Notes under the pieces: generated by a model
Seen by the model: only the letters and a program-made list of their open reading frames with translations
What the model was told of the DNA's origin: nothing
Database searches by the model: none
Assembly (NCBI GenBank): GCA_946187695.1
Contig: CAMHSB010000006.1
Coordinates: 4,675 to 68,674 of the forward strand
Direction of reading: 5' to 3'
Length of the DNA: 64,000 nt
From: an uncultured Bacteroidales bacterium
Lineage (GTDB): Bacteria > Bacteroidota > Bacteroidia > Bacteroidales > Paludibacteraceae
Made by a program: the position numbers and the translations under genes
Part shown: one piece after another, positions 25,475-36,801 of the stretch
Layout: each line of letters opens with the position of its first letter
Numbering within the stretch: the stretch's first letter is position 1

Positions 25475-25590
25475 ATTCCAGGAGGACTACTCCTTTGCGC
25501 AAAGAGGGAAGCGATCTGACTTAGGTCGTACGACCATCACAGTTGCCGGTCAGTCCGGGATTTGCACCCGTGTTCTCTTCCTTTCCTTGC
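25475..25590 (-). promoter_or_regulatory. Cobalamin (B12) riboswitch in the 5' leader of the TonB receptor operon
   Basis: Minus strand reads GGAAGAGAACACGGGTGCAAATCCCGGACTGACCGGCAACTGTGATGG...CTAAGTCAGATCGCTTCC. GGTGCAAATCC, CCGGCAACTGT and AAGTCAGA correspond to conserved aptamer and B12-box-like elements. Confidence 0.7.
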
Positions 25591-25591
25591 T

Positions 25592-27070
25592 TTATTTTTT
25601 AGCGGGGTCGGTTGTTAAATCGATACCTAATTTCTTAAATGTCTTCCAATCCACCTCTTTGAGCATGACGGTCGAGTGCGCCTGACAGCCCTTCATGAGC
25701 GGCAGCGTGGCGAGTGCCTTGCGGCAGTTCTCATCCTGCAGCGAGAGGACGGACAGTGCCACTAATACCTCGTCCGTGTGCAGACGCGGGTTCTGACCAT
25801 GCAGGTAGCTGATCTTCGTGCGCTGGATCGGTTCGATAATATTCTGCGGGATGAGCCGTATGCTGTGGTCGATACCCGCCAGCTCTTTCATCGCGTTGAG
25901 CAGCAACGCAGCGGACGAGCCCAAGAGTTCACCTGCCTCGGCGGTGATGATCTTACCGTCCGGCAGTTCGATCGCCGCGGCATGGGCAAACGCCCCGTCG
26001 TGCATTGCACCGGCGAGTGCACGCCTTTCGCGGGCGGCTACCGTCGTAGGACGGATGGCTGTGGTGATACCCATCTGTTGCTGCAGCAGCGCCAGTTTCT
26101 TGATCTCCGCTTCGTTTCCCTTGCCGTTCGCCAGATGGCAGAGGGCTTGGAAATAACGACGGATGATCTCCTGCTTGCACGCTTCGCGTACCGCCTCGTC
26201 GTCGCTGATGCAAAACCCGACCATGTTGACGCCCATCTCCGTCGGCGAATGGTACGGACTCTTACCGTAGATCGAGGTGAAGAGCGCATCCAGCACCGGA
26301 TAGATCTCGATATCGCGGTTGTAGTTCACCGCCGTCTTACCGGTGGCTTCCAGATGGAAGGGATCGATCATATTCACATCATTGAGGTCCGCTGTGGCAG
26401 CCTCATAGGCGATGTTAAGCGGGTGCTTGAGCGGCAGGTTCCATACCGGGAACGTCTCGAACTTGGCGTATCCCGCTTCGCGGCCATGCTGCTGCTCGTT
26501 GTAGAGTTGACTCAGGCAAACCGCCATCTTTCCGCTACCCGGTCCCGGTGCCGTGACGACCACTAAGGGACGCGTGGTCTCGATATAATCGTTCTTACCG
26601 AAACCGTCCTGCGAGGCGATGAGCTCCACGTTATGCGGATAGCCCTCGATGACATAGTGGTAATAGACGCGGATACCCTTGCGCTCCAGGCGCTGCCGGT
26701 ACGCATCCGCCGAACGTTGACCCGAATAGTGCGTGATGACCACCGAGCTGACCATGAACCCGCGGTGCATGAACTCGTCGCGCAGACGCAGCACGTCCTC
26801 GTCATAGGTGATACCCAGATCCTGACGTATCTTATTTCGTTCGATATCCTGCGCCGAGAGCACGATCACGATCTCCAGCGAGTCCTGCAGTTGCGTGAGC
26901 ATCTGCAGTTTACTGTCCGGCATGAAACCCGGCAATACCCTACTCGCGTGCAGGTCGTCGAAGAGCTTACCGCCTAACTCCAGATACAGCTTGTTGCCGA
27001 ACTGGGCGATACGCTCGCGGATATGCTCCGACTGAATCTTGATGTATTTATCGTTATCAAAAGCTTTCAT
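25592..27070 (-). CDS. DUF1846 (UPF0371) family protein
   Basis: N-terminus MKAFDNDKYIKIQSEHIRERI...LYLELGGKLFDDLHASRVLPGF is characteristic of this family. Confidence 0.7.
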   Translation of the reverse strand: MKAFDNDKYIKIQSEHIRERIAQFGNKLYLELGGKLFDDLHASRVLPGFMPDSKLQMLTQLQDSLEIVIVLSAQDIERNKIRQDLGITYDEDVLRLRDEFMHRGFMVSSVVITHYSGQRSADAYRQRLERKGIRVYYHYVIEGYPHNVELIASQDGFGKNDYIETTRPLVVVTAPGPGSGKMAVCLSQLYNEQQHGREAGYAKFETFPVWNLPLKHPLNIAYEAATADLNDVNMIDPFHLEATGKTAVNYNRDIEIYPVLDALFTSIYGKSPYHSPTEMGVNMVGFCISDDEAVREACKQEIIRRYFQALCHLANGKGNEAEIKKLALLQQQMGITTAIRPTTVAARERRALAGAMHDGAFAHAAAIELPDGKIITAEAGELLGSSAALLLNAMKELAGIDHSIRLIPQNIIEPIQRTKISYLHGQNPRLHTDEVLVALSVLSLQDENCRKALATLPLMKGCQAHSTVMLKEVDWKTFKKLGIDLTTDPAKK

Positions 27071-27077
27071 TCACTTT

Positions 27078-29723
27078 TCACTTTTTATCCGTATTGTTCT
27101 GAGCATCCTCGTCGTCCTCGTCGTGGTGGTAGTAATAATACGAGCGGTAGGCCTTATCGTCCTTCACGAGGCGACCGTAGATCTTTCCATAGATCTTTCC
27201 GTACCGTTTGGACTTGGAGTTGTTACCGCCGTAGCCGTAACCGTAGCCGCCGTAACCACCGTAACCGAAGTGACCGTAACCGTAACCACCGTAACCGCCG
27301 TAGCCGTAGCCATAACCCGAACCGTACGAGTGACGACCCTCGGTCGGGATATCGGACAGCACGATCTGGATCTGCTCGGGGTTCTCAACGACCTCCGACA
27401 TCTGCTCCAGTGTCTGCTTGCAGAACGACTTATTGGTCTGCATACAACGGATGACGAACAAGCACATATCGCAGTTCTCGATGATGGCATACGCATCGGG
27501 CACCAGACCGATCGGAGAGGTATCGATCACGATATAATCGTACTCCTCGCGCAAGTCCTTGAGGGTCTGGCTCAGTTTGTCGGTGTGTACCAACTCACCC
27601 GGGTTAGGCGGAATCGTACCGGCACGCATGAAATCGAAGCCGTACGGAGTGTTGCGTACCATTGCCTCCTCCATCTCGCAGTCGCCGATCAGGTAGTTCG
27701 ATATACCTTCACCGTTCTCCAGACCTAACTTGGTGTGGATATTCGGTTTACGGAGGTCGAGGTCGATGAGCAGCACCTTACGGCCGGTCATGGCATAGAG
27801 CGCCGCGAGGTTGGTGGAGAGGAAGGTCTTACCGTCACCGGACTCCGTGGAGGTCACACAGATGACCATCTTCTCTTTGCGCTTGAGCACGAACTCAATA
27901 CGCGTACGGATGGCACGGAGCATCTCCGCATAACTCGATCGCGGCGATGCACGGACGAGCGTCGGGTTCTGGCTCTTGGCGTGACGCAGCGTACCGATGA
28001 GACGGAAATATTTGAGTTTGACTACATCCTTCGGCGAGCGGATCTTGTTATTGAGCAGCTCACTGAGGATGATGAGGATCATCGGAATCAGGAAACCGAT
28101 AATGAGGTAAGTCGAGGTCGTCTTGGATTTGGCCTTGGCGTTCATGACAGCCGTCGTACGGGCCTTATCCATGATCGAGTTATCCGGCGTGTTGGACGCT
28201 TTCTGGATCTCGGCTTCGGCACGTTTCTGCAGGAAGAAGGTGTAGTAGTTGTCATCGATACGATAGTTACGCTCGATGGCTACCATCTGCAGCTCTTTCT
28301 CGGGCAGTTGCTTGATCGAGTGCTCCACCTCGTCCATACGGCGTTTGAGGTCCGCTTTCTCGATCTCCAGGCTCGCCCGCATGGAGGTGACAACCTCTTC
28401 GATGGCAGTCTTGACGTTCTCGATGTCCTTGGTGTATTTAGCGTAGTACACGTTCTTCTCCGTCAACTCGCCGCGCTGGATACGCAGGTCGTTGAGTTGT
28501 TGTACGAGGCCCATGAGCATCGGTTCGTTGATACCCATCGTGGTCGGAGCAATGACCGCACCGGTCTCGATGTTCTGCTTGATATACCCGATCAGGTAAT
28601 CGAAGTAGGTCTCACGCAGACGCAGCGCCATCGCCTGTTGGTCGTAACCTGCTACGAGGCCCATCAACTGACCGGCATAGGAGTTGACATCAACGAACTT
28701 GTTCTCCTGACGGAAATTGGTCATCGCACCTTCGCTCACCTGCAAAGACGACTGGAGGTTATCCAGCTGCTCGTTGATGAAGCGGATTGAGTTCTCCGCC
28801 ACCTCGTTCTTCTGCTCCAGGTTCTGCAGCAGGTAGATCTTCGCCAGCTTGTCGATGAACTCGCAGTCACGTTGCGGGGTCTCACTCACGAGCGAGAGGG
28901 CCAGCACGGTTGATCCTTCGGTGACGAAGGAGAGCTGCAGACGGCTCATGAACTCATCCACCAGCGACTCGTGCTTGCGGAAACGGAAGTAGATCTTTCC
29001 GCTGTTAACCATCAGCTCGGTCGGCCAGATGACGATATCAAACAGTTGACAATGAATCGGTTCGCCGTAATGTGCCTCCAGCTCCAGGGGAAGGTCCTCA
29101 TCCGTGGAGGAGATACGCAGCGAACCGTCGTTGCGGAACGCCACCTGATACATCGGACCGTAGGCACGCTCATCCACCCGCGTGTACTCCACGAGGATAG
29201 GCGTCTGGCGATAGAGCATACGGGTCTTGAAACGTCCCTGGGTGATATACTCCACGTTCATGAACGGAAGGCTGTCCACTACCCTGCTCATCAGGTCGTA
29301 CGACCCGAGCATGATCATCTGGTTGTTCACGTTCTTGTACCCGGCATCGACACCGAAACCGCTCATCAGGGCAGATGCCGAACCACCGTACGTGCCGCTC
29401 TCCTTAATGACGATCGTGCCCTGCGAGAAGTACGTAGGGATCCAACGACGGTTCTTGAGCATCGCCATACCTAACGCGATCGCGAGTGCAATCACGAACA
29501 GGTACCAGTAATGAAGGAAAGTGAATAACCACTCCAGCGGGTTAAAATTGAGACCGCTGTCCTCATCGTCGCCGCCTTGCTGCGGATCCGCCTGATAATA
29601 GTTCTGATTTCCTCCGGCCTGGTAATAATACTGACTGTTGCCACCGGGCTGATAATACGCATTTTGCCCGGGCTGACCATACGGGTTCGCTCCACCGGGA
29701 TTGTAATATTGATTATTTGCCAT
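27078..29723 (-). CDS. Polysaccharide co-polymerase/tyrosine autokinase (Wzc-like) with low-complexity termini
   Basis: Chain-length-determinant region with coiled coil. Kinase Walker A TSTESGDGKTF, LLIDLDLRKP and VIDTSP. C-terminal GYGYGYGGYGGYGYG Tyr cluster. Confidence 0.8.
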   Translation of the reverse strand: MANNQYYNPGGANPYGQPGQNAYYQPGGNSQYYYQAGGNQNYYQADPQQGGDDEDSGLNFNPLEWLFTFLHYWYLFVIALAIALGMAMLKNRRWIPTYFSQGTIVIKESGTYGGSASALMSGFGVDAGYKNVNNQMIMLGSYDLMSRVVDSLPFMNVEYITQGRFKTRMLYRQTPILVEYTRVDERAYGPMYQVAFRNDGSLRISSTDEDLPLELEAHYGEPIHCQLFDIVIWPTELMVNSGKIYFRFRKHESLVDEFMSRLQLSFVTEGSTVLALSLVSETPQRDCEFIDKLAKIYLLQNLEQKNEVAENSIRFINEQLDNLQSSLQVSEGAMTNFRQENKFVDVNSYAGQLMGLVAGYDQQAMALRLRETYFDYLIGYIKQNIETGAVIAPTTMGINEPMLMGLVQQLNDLRIQRGELTEKNVYYAKYTKDIENVKTAIEEVVTSMRASLEIEKADLKRRMDEVEHSIKQLPEKELQMVAIERNYRIDDNYYTFFLQKRAEAEIQKASNTPDNSIMDKARTTAVMNAKAKSKTTSTYLIIGFLIPMILIILSELLNNKIRSPKDVVKLKYFRLIGTLRHAKSQNPTLVRASPRSSYAEMLRAIRTRIEFVLKRKEKMVICVTSTESGDGKTFLSTNLAALYAMTGRKVLLIDLDLRKPNIHTKLGLENGEGISNYLIGDCEMEEAMVRNTPYGFDFMRAGTIPPNPGELVHTDKLSQTLKDLREEYDYIVIDTSPIGLVPDAYAIIENCDMCLFVIRCMQTNKSFCKQTLEQMSEVVENPEQIQIVLSDIPTEGRHSYGSGYGYGYGGYGGYGYGHFGYGGYGGYGYGYGGNNSKSKRYGKIYGKIYGRLVKDDKAYRSYYYYHHDEDDEDAQNNTDKK

Positions 29724-29728
29724 AATTC

Positions 29729-30499
29729 TTATTTATAGATATAAGCCACATAATTCAACACCGTCGTGAGTAATGCCACCGAGCTAGTGATCAGGCTGAT
29801 GAAGCCTGAGTAGGACGGCACGGTATAGAAGCTGTTCTTCGTACGTGCCACGTAGATCACATCGTTCGGATAGACATAGTAGTACTTGGAGTCGATGATC
29901 GAGTTGGTACGCATATCGAACTCCAGTACCTCCGGTTCCTCGCCGTTGTCGCGCGGACGGATGATACGGATATGACGGCGGTCACCGCTGTTCATCACAT
30001 CGCCTGTCATCGCCAGGGCCTGGAAGATGTTCATCTTCTCCTTATAGATATAGAACTGTCCCGCGTGCGCGTCACCGACCACGGAGAAGTACTTGTTGTA
30101 CAGCGCCACCTTCACGTCCGCATCGGGGATGATCTCGCGGAACGCTGCCCGCAGGGTATCCTGCGCCTCGATCTCCGTGAGGCCCTGCACCTTCACCGGA
30201 TGGAGGAAGGGCAGGTCTATTGTTCCGTCCTCGTGCACACGGTACGAGTTAGCGTACTGACCGGAGGTCGCGGTGTTGTTCGTACCTAACATCTTACTCA
30301 TCGTCTCGTCCATGGTGATCAGACGGTAGATGATCTCGTCGTTGATACGGATACGGTACGGCTCGTAACTCACCGAGTCATAGACCGGTAACTTATTGCA
30401 TTTGGTCGGCTCTTGCAGGTAACCGATCACGCGATGGCTGTAACAACTGCTCATCAATACGGCAACGAGGCCGAGCATCAAAAGATAGACCTTTTTCAT
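29729..30499 (-). CDS. Polysaccharide export outer-membrane protein (Wza-like), copy 2
   Basis: Lipoprotein signal (LMSSC). YRIRINDEI and SGDRRHIRIIR motifs typical of the Poly_export/SLBB architecture. Confidence 0.7.
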   Translation of the reverse strand: MKKVYLLMLGLVAVLMSSCYSHRVIGYLQEPTKCNKLPVYDSVSYEPYRIRINDEIIYRLITMDETMSKMLGTNNTATSGQYANSYRVHEDGTIDLPFLHPVKVQGLTEIEAQDTLRAAFREIIPDADVKVALYNKYFSVVGDAHAGQFYIYKEKMNIFQALAMTGDVMNSGDRRHIRIIRPRDNGEEPEVLEFDMRTNSIIDSKYYYVYPNDVIYVARTKNSFYTVPSYSGFISLITSSVALLTTVLNYVAYIYK

Positions 30500-31353
30500 T
30501 TGCTACCTCCGTTTCCGTAATATTTGTTCACGTGGTTGATACCCGTCTGCACGATCGTGTAGATGAAGACACCGAACGAAATTGTGGCTGCGGTCACGCC
30601 GATGACGGTCGTCACGTGGTTGATACCGAAGCTGTAACCCGGGATCTGACGAATATAGATGATATCGTTCGGCTCGATGTAGTAATACTCCGAGTTGATG
30701 ATATCTTTCGAGCGGGCATCAAAAGTCTTGATGGTCGTCACACCGTTCTTCTCGCGCACGAGCTTGATCTCCTTACGGCTGTTGAACTCACTCAAGTCTC
30801 CTGCCATGGCCAGGGCCTCGAAGATGGTCATCTTCTCTTTGTTGATCATGTACCGACCACTCTGGGCACCGATCACCGAGAAAGAGCGGTTCACGATATT
30901 GACCTCCACCGAGACGGTGCTGTAACCCGGGATCTCCGCCAGCAATTTGCCCAACTCCTCTTCGAGTTGGAACTTCACCTCACGCGTCGTCTTCCCTTCC
31001 ACATACTGCTTACCGATGGTCGGGAAGTCGATATTACCTTCCTCGTCAATCAGATAGGTGTACAGATCATAACTGCCGTAGGAGCTCCGCTGATTCATCT
31101 GCTGCCGCATCTGGGATGCATTCGATCCACCGGCATTGTACATCTTCATGATCTTCTCGTCTAACGAATAGACATAGACATACAATCGGTCACCGATTCG
31201 CAGTTGGTAATCCTCAAAACTAAGCGTATCCGCATAGTGCGGGATATACTTGTCCGGTTCCTGCATGTAGTTCACTTTCCGCGCCGTCACACAAGAGGAC
31301 AAAGCGATAGCGACTACTGCCAGAAAGAATAAATATTTAAATTTTAAAATCAT
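30496..31353 (-). CDS. Polysaccharide export outer-membrane protein (Wza-like), copy 1
   Basis: Lipobox ALSSC. YQLRIGDRLYV and IFEALAMAGD motifs; paralogous to the downstream gene. Confidence 0.7.
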   Translation of the reverse strand: MILKFKYLFFLAVVAIALSSCVTARKVNYMQEPDKYIPHYADTLSFEDYQLRIGDRLYVYVYSLDEKIMKMYNAGGSNASQMRQQMNQRSSYGSYDLYTYLIDEEGNIDFPTIGKQYVEGKTTREVKFQLEEELGKLLAEIPGYSTVSVEVNIVNRSFSVIGAQSGRYMINKEKMTIFEALAMAGDLSEFNSRKEIKLVREKNGVTTIKTFDARSKDIINSEYYYIEPNDIIYIRQIPGYSFGINHVTTVIGVTAATISFGVFIYTIVQTGINHVNKYYGNGGSK

Positions 31354-31376
31354 AAATCTTAAATCTTAAATTCGCG

Positions 31377-33150
<1,774 letters not shown>

Positions 33151-33151
<1 letters not shown>

Positions 33152-34095
33152 TAACGTTCTGCCCGCATGGGGTTCTCCAAAAAGTCTTTGTACGCGAGGC
33201 GGATGCCGTCCTCGAGTTCGGTCTTGTAGGTCCAGCCGAGTGCCGTGGCTTTGCTCACATCGAGCAGCTTACGCGGCGTGCCGTCCGGACGCGTCGTATC
33301 CCAAAGGATCTCGCCTTCGTAACCAACGACTTTTGCCACGAGCTCGGTCAAGGCCTTGATCGTCAACTCCTTGCCCGTGCCGGCGTTCACCGTCTCGTTG
33401 CCCGAGTAGTTATTCATCAGGAACACGCAGAGGTTCGCCAGGTCGTCCACATACAGGAACTCGCGCAGCGGGCTGCCCGTACCCCAGCAGGTCACAGATT
33501 GCTTGCCCTCTATTTTCGCTTCATGGAAGCGGCGGATGAGTGCCGGCAGTACATGACTGTGCTCCGGGTGGTAGTTATCGTTCGGTCCGTAGAGGTTAGT
33601 CGGCATGACAGAGATATAATCGGTGCCGTACTGGCGGTTTAGGAACTCGCAGTATTTGAGTCCGCTTATCTTCGCGAGCGCGTACGCTTCGTTCGTCTTC
33701 TCCAACTCACCGGTCAGCAGACACGATTCTTGCATCGGTTGGGGCGCCATACGCGGGTAGATACACGACGAGCCCAAGAACTCGAGCTTCTTGCAGCCGT
33801 TCTTCCACGCCGCATGGATGACGTTCATCTCCAGAATCATGTTATCGTACATGAAGTCCGCGAGGGCGTTCTGGTTCGCCACGATACCACCTACCTTGGC
33901 TGCAGCCAGGAAGACGTATTCCGGTTTCTCCGCAGCAAAGAACGCTTCTACCGCCTCTTGGCGACACAAATCTAACTCCTTATGCGTGCGGGTGATAATA
34001 TTCGTATATCCCTGACGTTGCAACTCGCGCACGATCGCACTTCCCACCATTCCGCGGTGGCCGGCAACGTATATCTTTGAATTCTTCTCCATCAT
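33151..34095 (-). CDS. fcl: GDP-L-fucose synthase
   Basis: [21 protein letters not shown] and YALAK motifs; adjacent to gmd. Confidence 0.85.
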
Positions 34096-35165
34096 TTTAC
34101 AATTCCTTTCTCGAGGTACTCGGCGAGGTTAAAGTGCTCGCGCGTCACTTTATGCATATCGTGCTTTACCATCAGTTCGACGAGTTGCTCAAAGCTCGTG
34201 CTCTGCGGGTTCCACCCCAACTCACGCTTGGCTTTACTCGGATCGCCTAAGAGGTTCACCACGTCCGTCGGACGGTAGAAGTCCGGGCTCACGGCTACTA
34301 CCACCTTACCGGTCTTGACGTCAATACCTTTCTCGTCAATACCCTTTCCTTCCCAGCGCAGCTCGATGCCGGCATGGTGGAAAGCCAGGGTGGCGAACTC
34401 CCGTACGCTATGCTGCACACCGGTAGCGATCACGAAATCTTCCGGCGTCGGGTGCTGCAGAATGAGCCACATGCACTCTACGTAATCCTTGGCGTATCCC
34501 CAATCTCGGAGCGAATCCAGGTTACCCAAGTACAGGCAATCCTGCATGCCATGCGCGATACGAGCGGCAGCCAGCGTGATCTTACGGGTCACAAAAGTCT
34601 CACCGCGACGCTCGGACTCGTGGTTGAAGAGGATACCCGAGCAGCAGAACATATCGTACGCCTCGCGGTACTCCTTGATGATCCAGTAACCGTACAGTTT
34701 GGCTACAGCGTAGGGCGAGTACGGATGGAAAGGCGTGGTCTCGCTTTGCGGCACTTCCTCCACCTTACCGTAGAGCTCCGACGTTGAAGCCTGGTAGATC
34801 TTGCATTTCTTTTCCAAGTGGTTCGTACGCACGGCCTCCAAGATACGCAGTACACCGACGGCATCCACGTCCGCCGTGAACTCCGGGGCATCGAAGCTCA
34901 CCTGCACATGGCTCTGCGCGGCGAGGTTGTAGATCTCGTCCGGCTGCACCTTACCCACCAATTTCACGAGCGACATCGAGTCACTCATATCGGCATAGTG
35001 CAAATGAAAATGCGGCGTACCCTCCAGGTGGGCGATACGCTCGCGATAATCGACCGAGCTACGACGGATGATACCGTGTACCTCATATCCCTTCTCCAAT
35101 AAAAACTCCGACAGATAACTGCCATCCTGCCCGGTCACACCGGTGATCAATGCTATTTTTGCCAT
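34092..35165 (-). CDS. gmd: GDP-mannose 4,6-dehydratase
   Basis: [33 protein letters not shown]..., STSELYG and YAVAKLY motifs. Confidence 0.9.
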   Translation of the reverse strand: MAKIALITGVTGQDGSYLSEFLLEKGYEVHGIIRRSSVDYRERIAHLEGTPHFHLHYADMSDSMSLVKLVGKVQPDEIYNLAAQSHVQVSFDAPEFTADVDAVGVLRILEAVRTNHLEKKCKIYQASTSELYGKVEEVPQSETTPFHPYSPYAVAKLYGYWIIKEYREAYDMFCCSGILFNHESERRGETFVTRKITLAAARIAHGMQDCLYLGNLDSLRDWGYAKDYVECMWLILQHPTPEDFVIATGVQHSVREFATLAFHHAGIELRWEGKGIDEKGIDVKTGKVVVAVSPDFYRPTDVVNLLGDPSKAKRELGWNPQSTSFEQLVELMVKHDMHKVTREHFNLAEYLEKGIVK

Positions 35166-35287
35166 AATAAATTACAAATCGGGCGCAAAGGTACTACTTT
35201 TTTTTGACATACGCAAGCCCGCGCGCGATTTTCCTTCTTTTTTTGTAAAAAAAATCACTCCCCCTTGCATATATCAAATTTTTTGTG

Positions 35288-35295
35288 TAATTTTG
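35288..35295 (+). promoter_or_regulatory. -7 promoter box (TAATTTTG) upstream of the DUF2442-like gene
   Basis: TGTGTAATTTTGCAGCG lies 17 nt before the ATG at 35312. Confidence 0.5.
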
Positions 35296-35311
35296 CAGCG
35301 CAAAATGCATT

Positions 35312-35566
35312 ATGAGCAGAATATACATTAAAGAAGCAAAAGACGCGGGTAATTTGTCAGTGGACTTGTTGTTCAGCGATCAAACAACCCGTAGAGTGGA
35401 TATAGGTGACTTCATCCGTCGTCATCCTCATCCGCAGTATAATAAATATCTTGACCCTCAGAAATTCCGTCGTTTTGAAATCGAAAACGGCAACATTGTT
35501 TGGGGCAAGAATTGGGATCTTATTTTCCCGGTTGAGCAACTGTACGCAGGTGTAATTGCCGACTAA
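35312..35566 (+). CDS. DUF2442-like small protein
   Basis: 84 aa. IKEAKDAGNLSVDLLFSDQTTRRVDIGDFI...FRRFEIENGNIVWGKNWDL resembles the DUF2442 pattern. Confidence 0.5.
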   Translation: MSRIYIKEAKDAGNLSVDLLFSDQTTRRVDIGDFIRRHPHPQYNKYLDPQKFRRFEIENGNIVWGKNWDLIFPVEQLYAGVIAD

Positions 35567-35661
35567 CCCCTCGCTGCCACCGACAGCGTAAAAAAGCGGT
35601 GACATATTGAATTTCGCGTTTGCGATTTATTGGACATCTTGAAATGTGAGAAGTTTTATAG

Positions 35662-35719
35662 ATACACCAATAATAAGTCAGCTAGCGTCCATAATATTGG
35701 ACGTGACTTATCGGTGTAT
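35662..35719 (+). other. Long imperfect hairpin (ATACACC..AATAAGTCA..CGTCCA-TAATAT-TGGACG..TGACTTAT..GGTGTAT)
   Basis: Nested complementary arms read directly, between the DUF2442-like and lipoprotein genes. Confidence 0.5.
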
Positions 35720-35796
35720 GGGCATTTCTCACAGCCTCAAGATGGATAAGGAACGTCCATTTTTTTGTATATTATTAAGTTTAAAAATAATCTTTT

Positions 35797-36756
35797 ATGA
35801 AAGCAAAGTATTTATTTCTAATTGCATTGAATTGCATAGTAATGATTTCATGTCAAGGCAATATCCCAGACAGTGTCCAAGACATTAACAATGGTAAAGA
35901 CGATAAACAGAGTTCAGGGGTTGTCGAACGATTAGATGGACTAGTCGACAGCATTGGCTCTATTGTTAGCTCCGTAACACAGGAAGATGGATCTATTGTC
36001 ATGACAGACGACCAAGGCAATACTATTACCAAAGATACGGAAGGAAATATTACCATTCTCACAAAAAATGGAGTGGTTATTCTTGTAGATTATTCTGTAA
36101 ACGAAGATTCTTCAGCTGCGAAAGATAAATGGTATGACTCAAAATGGAGTGGTACAAGGAACAAGAAAAGCTCTTATGGCGTAGATGAATTTCATGAATT
36201 CTTGCAGCGCTTAAAAATGTATGGCTTTCAAATGGAAACGCAGACTTTTATGAAAGATTCCATTGTAACCTATATCGTTAATGGTAATTTGTATAATATG
36301 AGTCTAAAATCAACAACTTGCGCAATCCAAAAAACTGAAACGCAAACGAACTATACTGGTAGTAGAAGATATCATCTTGTCCAATATGTAGTTTCCCCCG
36401 ATATTGTCGAGAAACAAGGAACTACATATAGATATGCGGTATTAACAGAAGATACACATTTGTATTCCCATGTGGTATATAGGAATGAAAAAATGTATGA
36501 CAGGTATTTATCCGTGGATAGTGTATTAACAGATGTAATAAATTTTGGGGAAATAAATATGCAAGAAAAAATCCTATCAAGAAGCGACACTACAACGCTA
36601 TATAATTATCGTCGTTTAGATGACTCTCAATTTGCGGTATACAATAATTCTGAATCATATATATTCAAAGAAATCACAGATAGATCAAAACCATATTTAT
36701 CCATGCTAGACATGAATGGAAATGAAATAATGGTATTTGAATTAATATCTTTTTAA
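35797..36756 (+). CDS. Hypothetical lipoprotein
   Basis: Signal peptide with lipobox (VMISCQG); I recognise no domain. Confidence 0.55.
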   Translation: MKAKYLFLIALNCIVMISCQGNIPDSVQDINNGKDDKQSSGVVERLDGLVDSIGSIVSSVTQEDGSIVMTDDQGNTITKDTEGNITILTKNGVVILVDYSVNEDSSAAKDKWYDSKWSGTRNKKSSYGVDEFHEFLQRLKMYGFQMETQTFMKDSIVTYIVNGNLYNMSLKSTTCAIQKTETQTNYTGSRRYHLVQYVVSPDIVEKQGTTYRYAVLTEDTHLYSHVVYRNEKMYDRYLSVDSVLTDVINFGEINMQEKILSRSDTTTLYNYRRLDDSQFAVYNNSESYIFKEITDRSKPYLSMLDMNGNEIMVFELISF

Positions 36757-36801
36757 CGTTTAATCAATATAGCGAGCAGGAGCGCTAATCCAAAACTAAT
36801 T

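Noticed and set aside
27039-27728. Plus-strand ORF with VTVTAVAVTV repeats.
   Set aside because: It is the reverse-complement reading of the Gly-Tyr repeat tail of the Wzc-like gene, not an independent gene.
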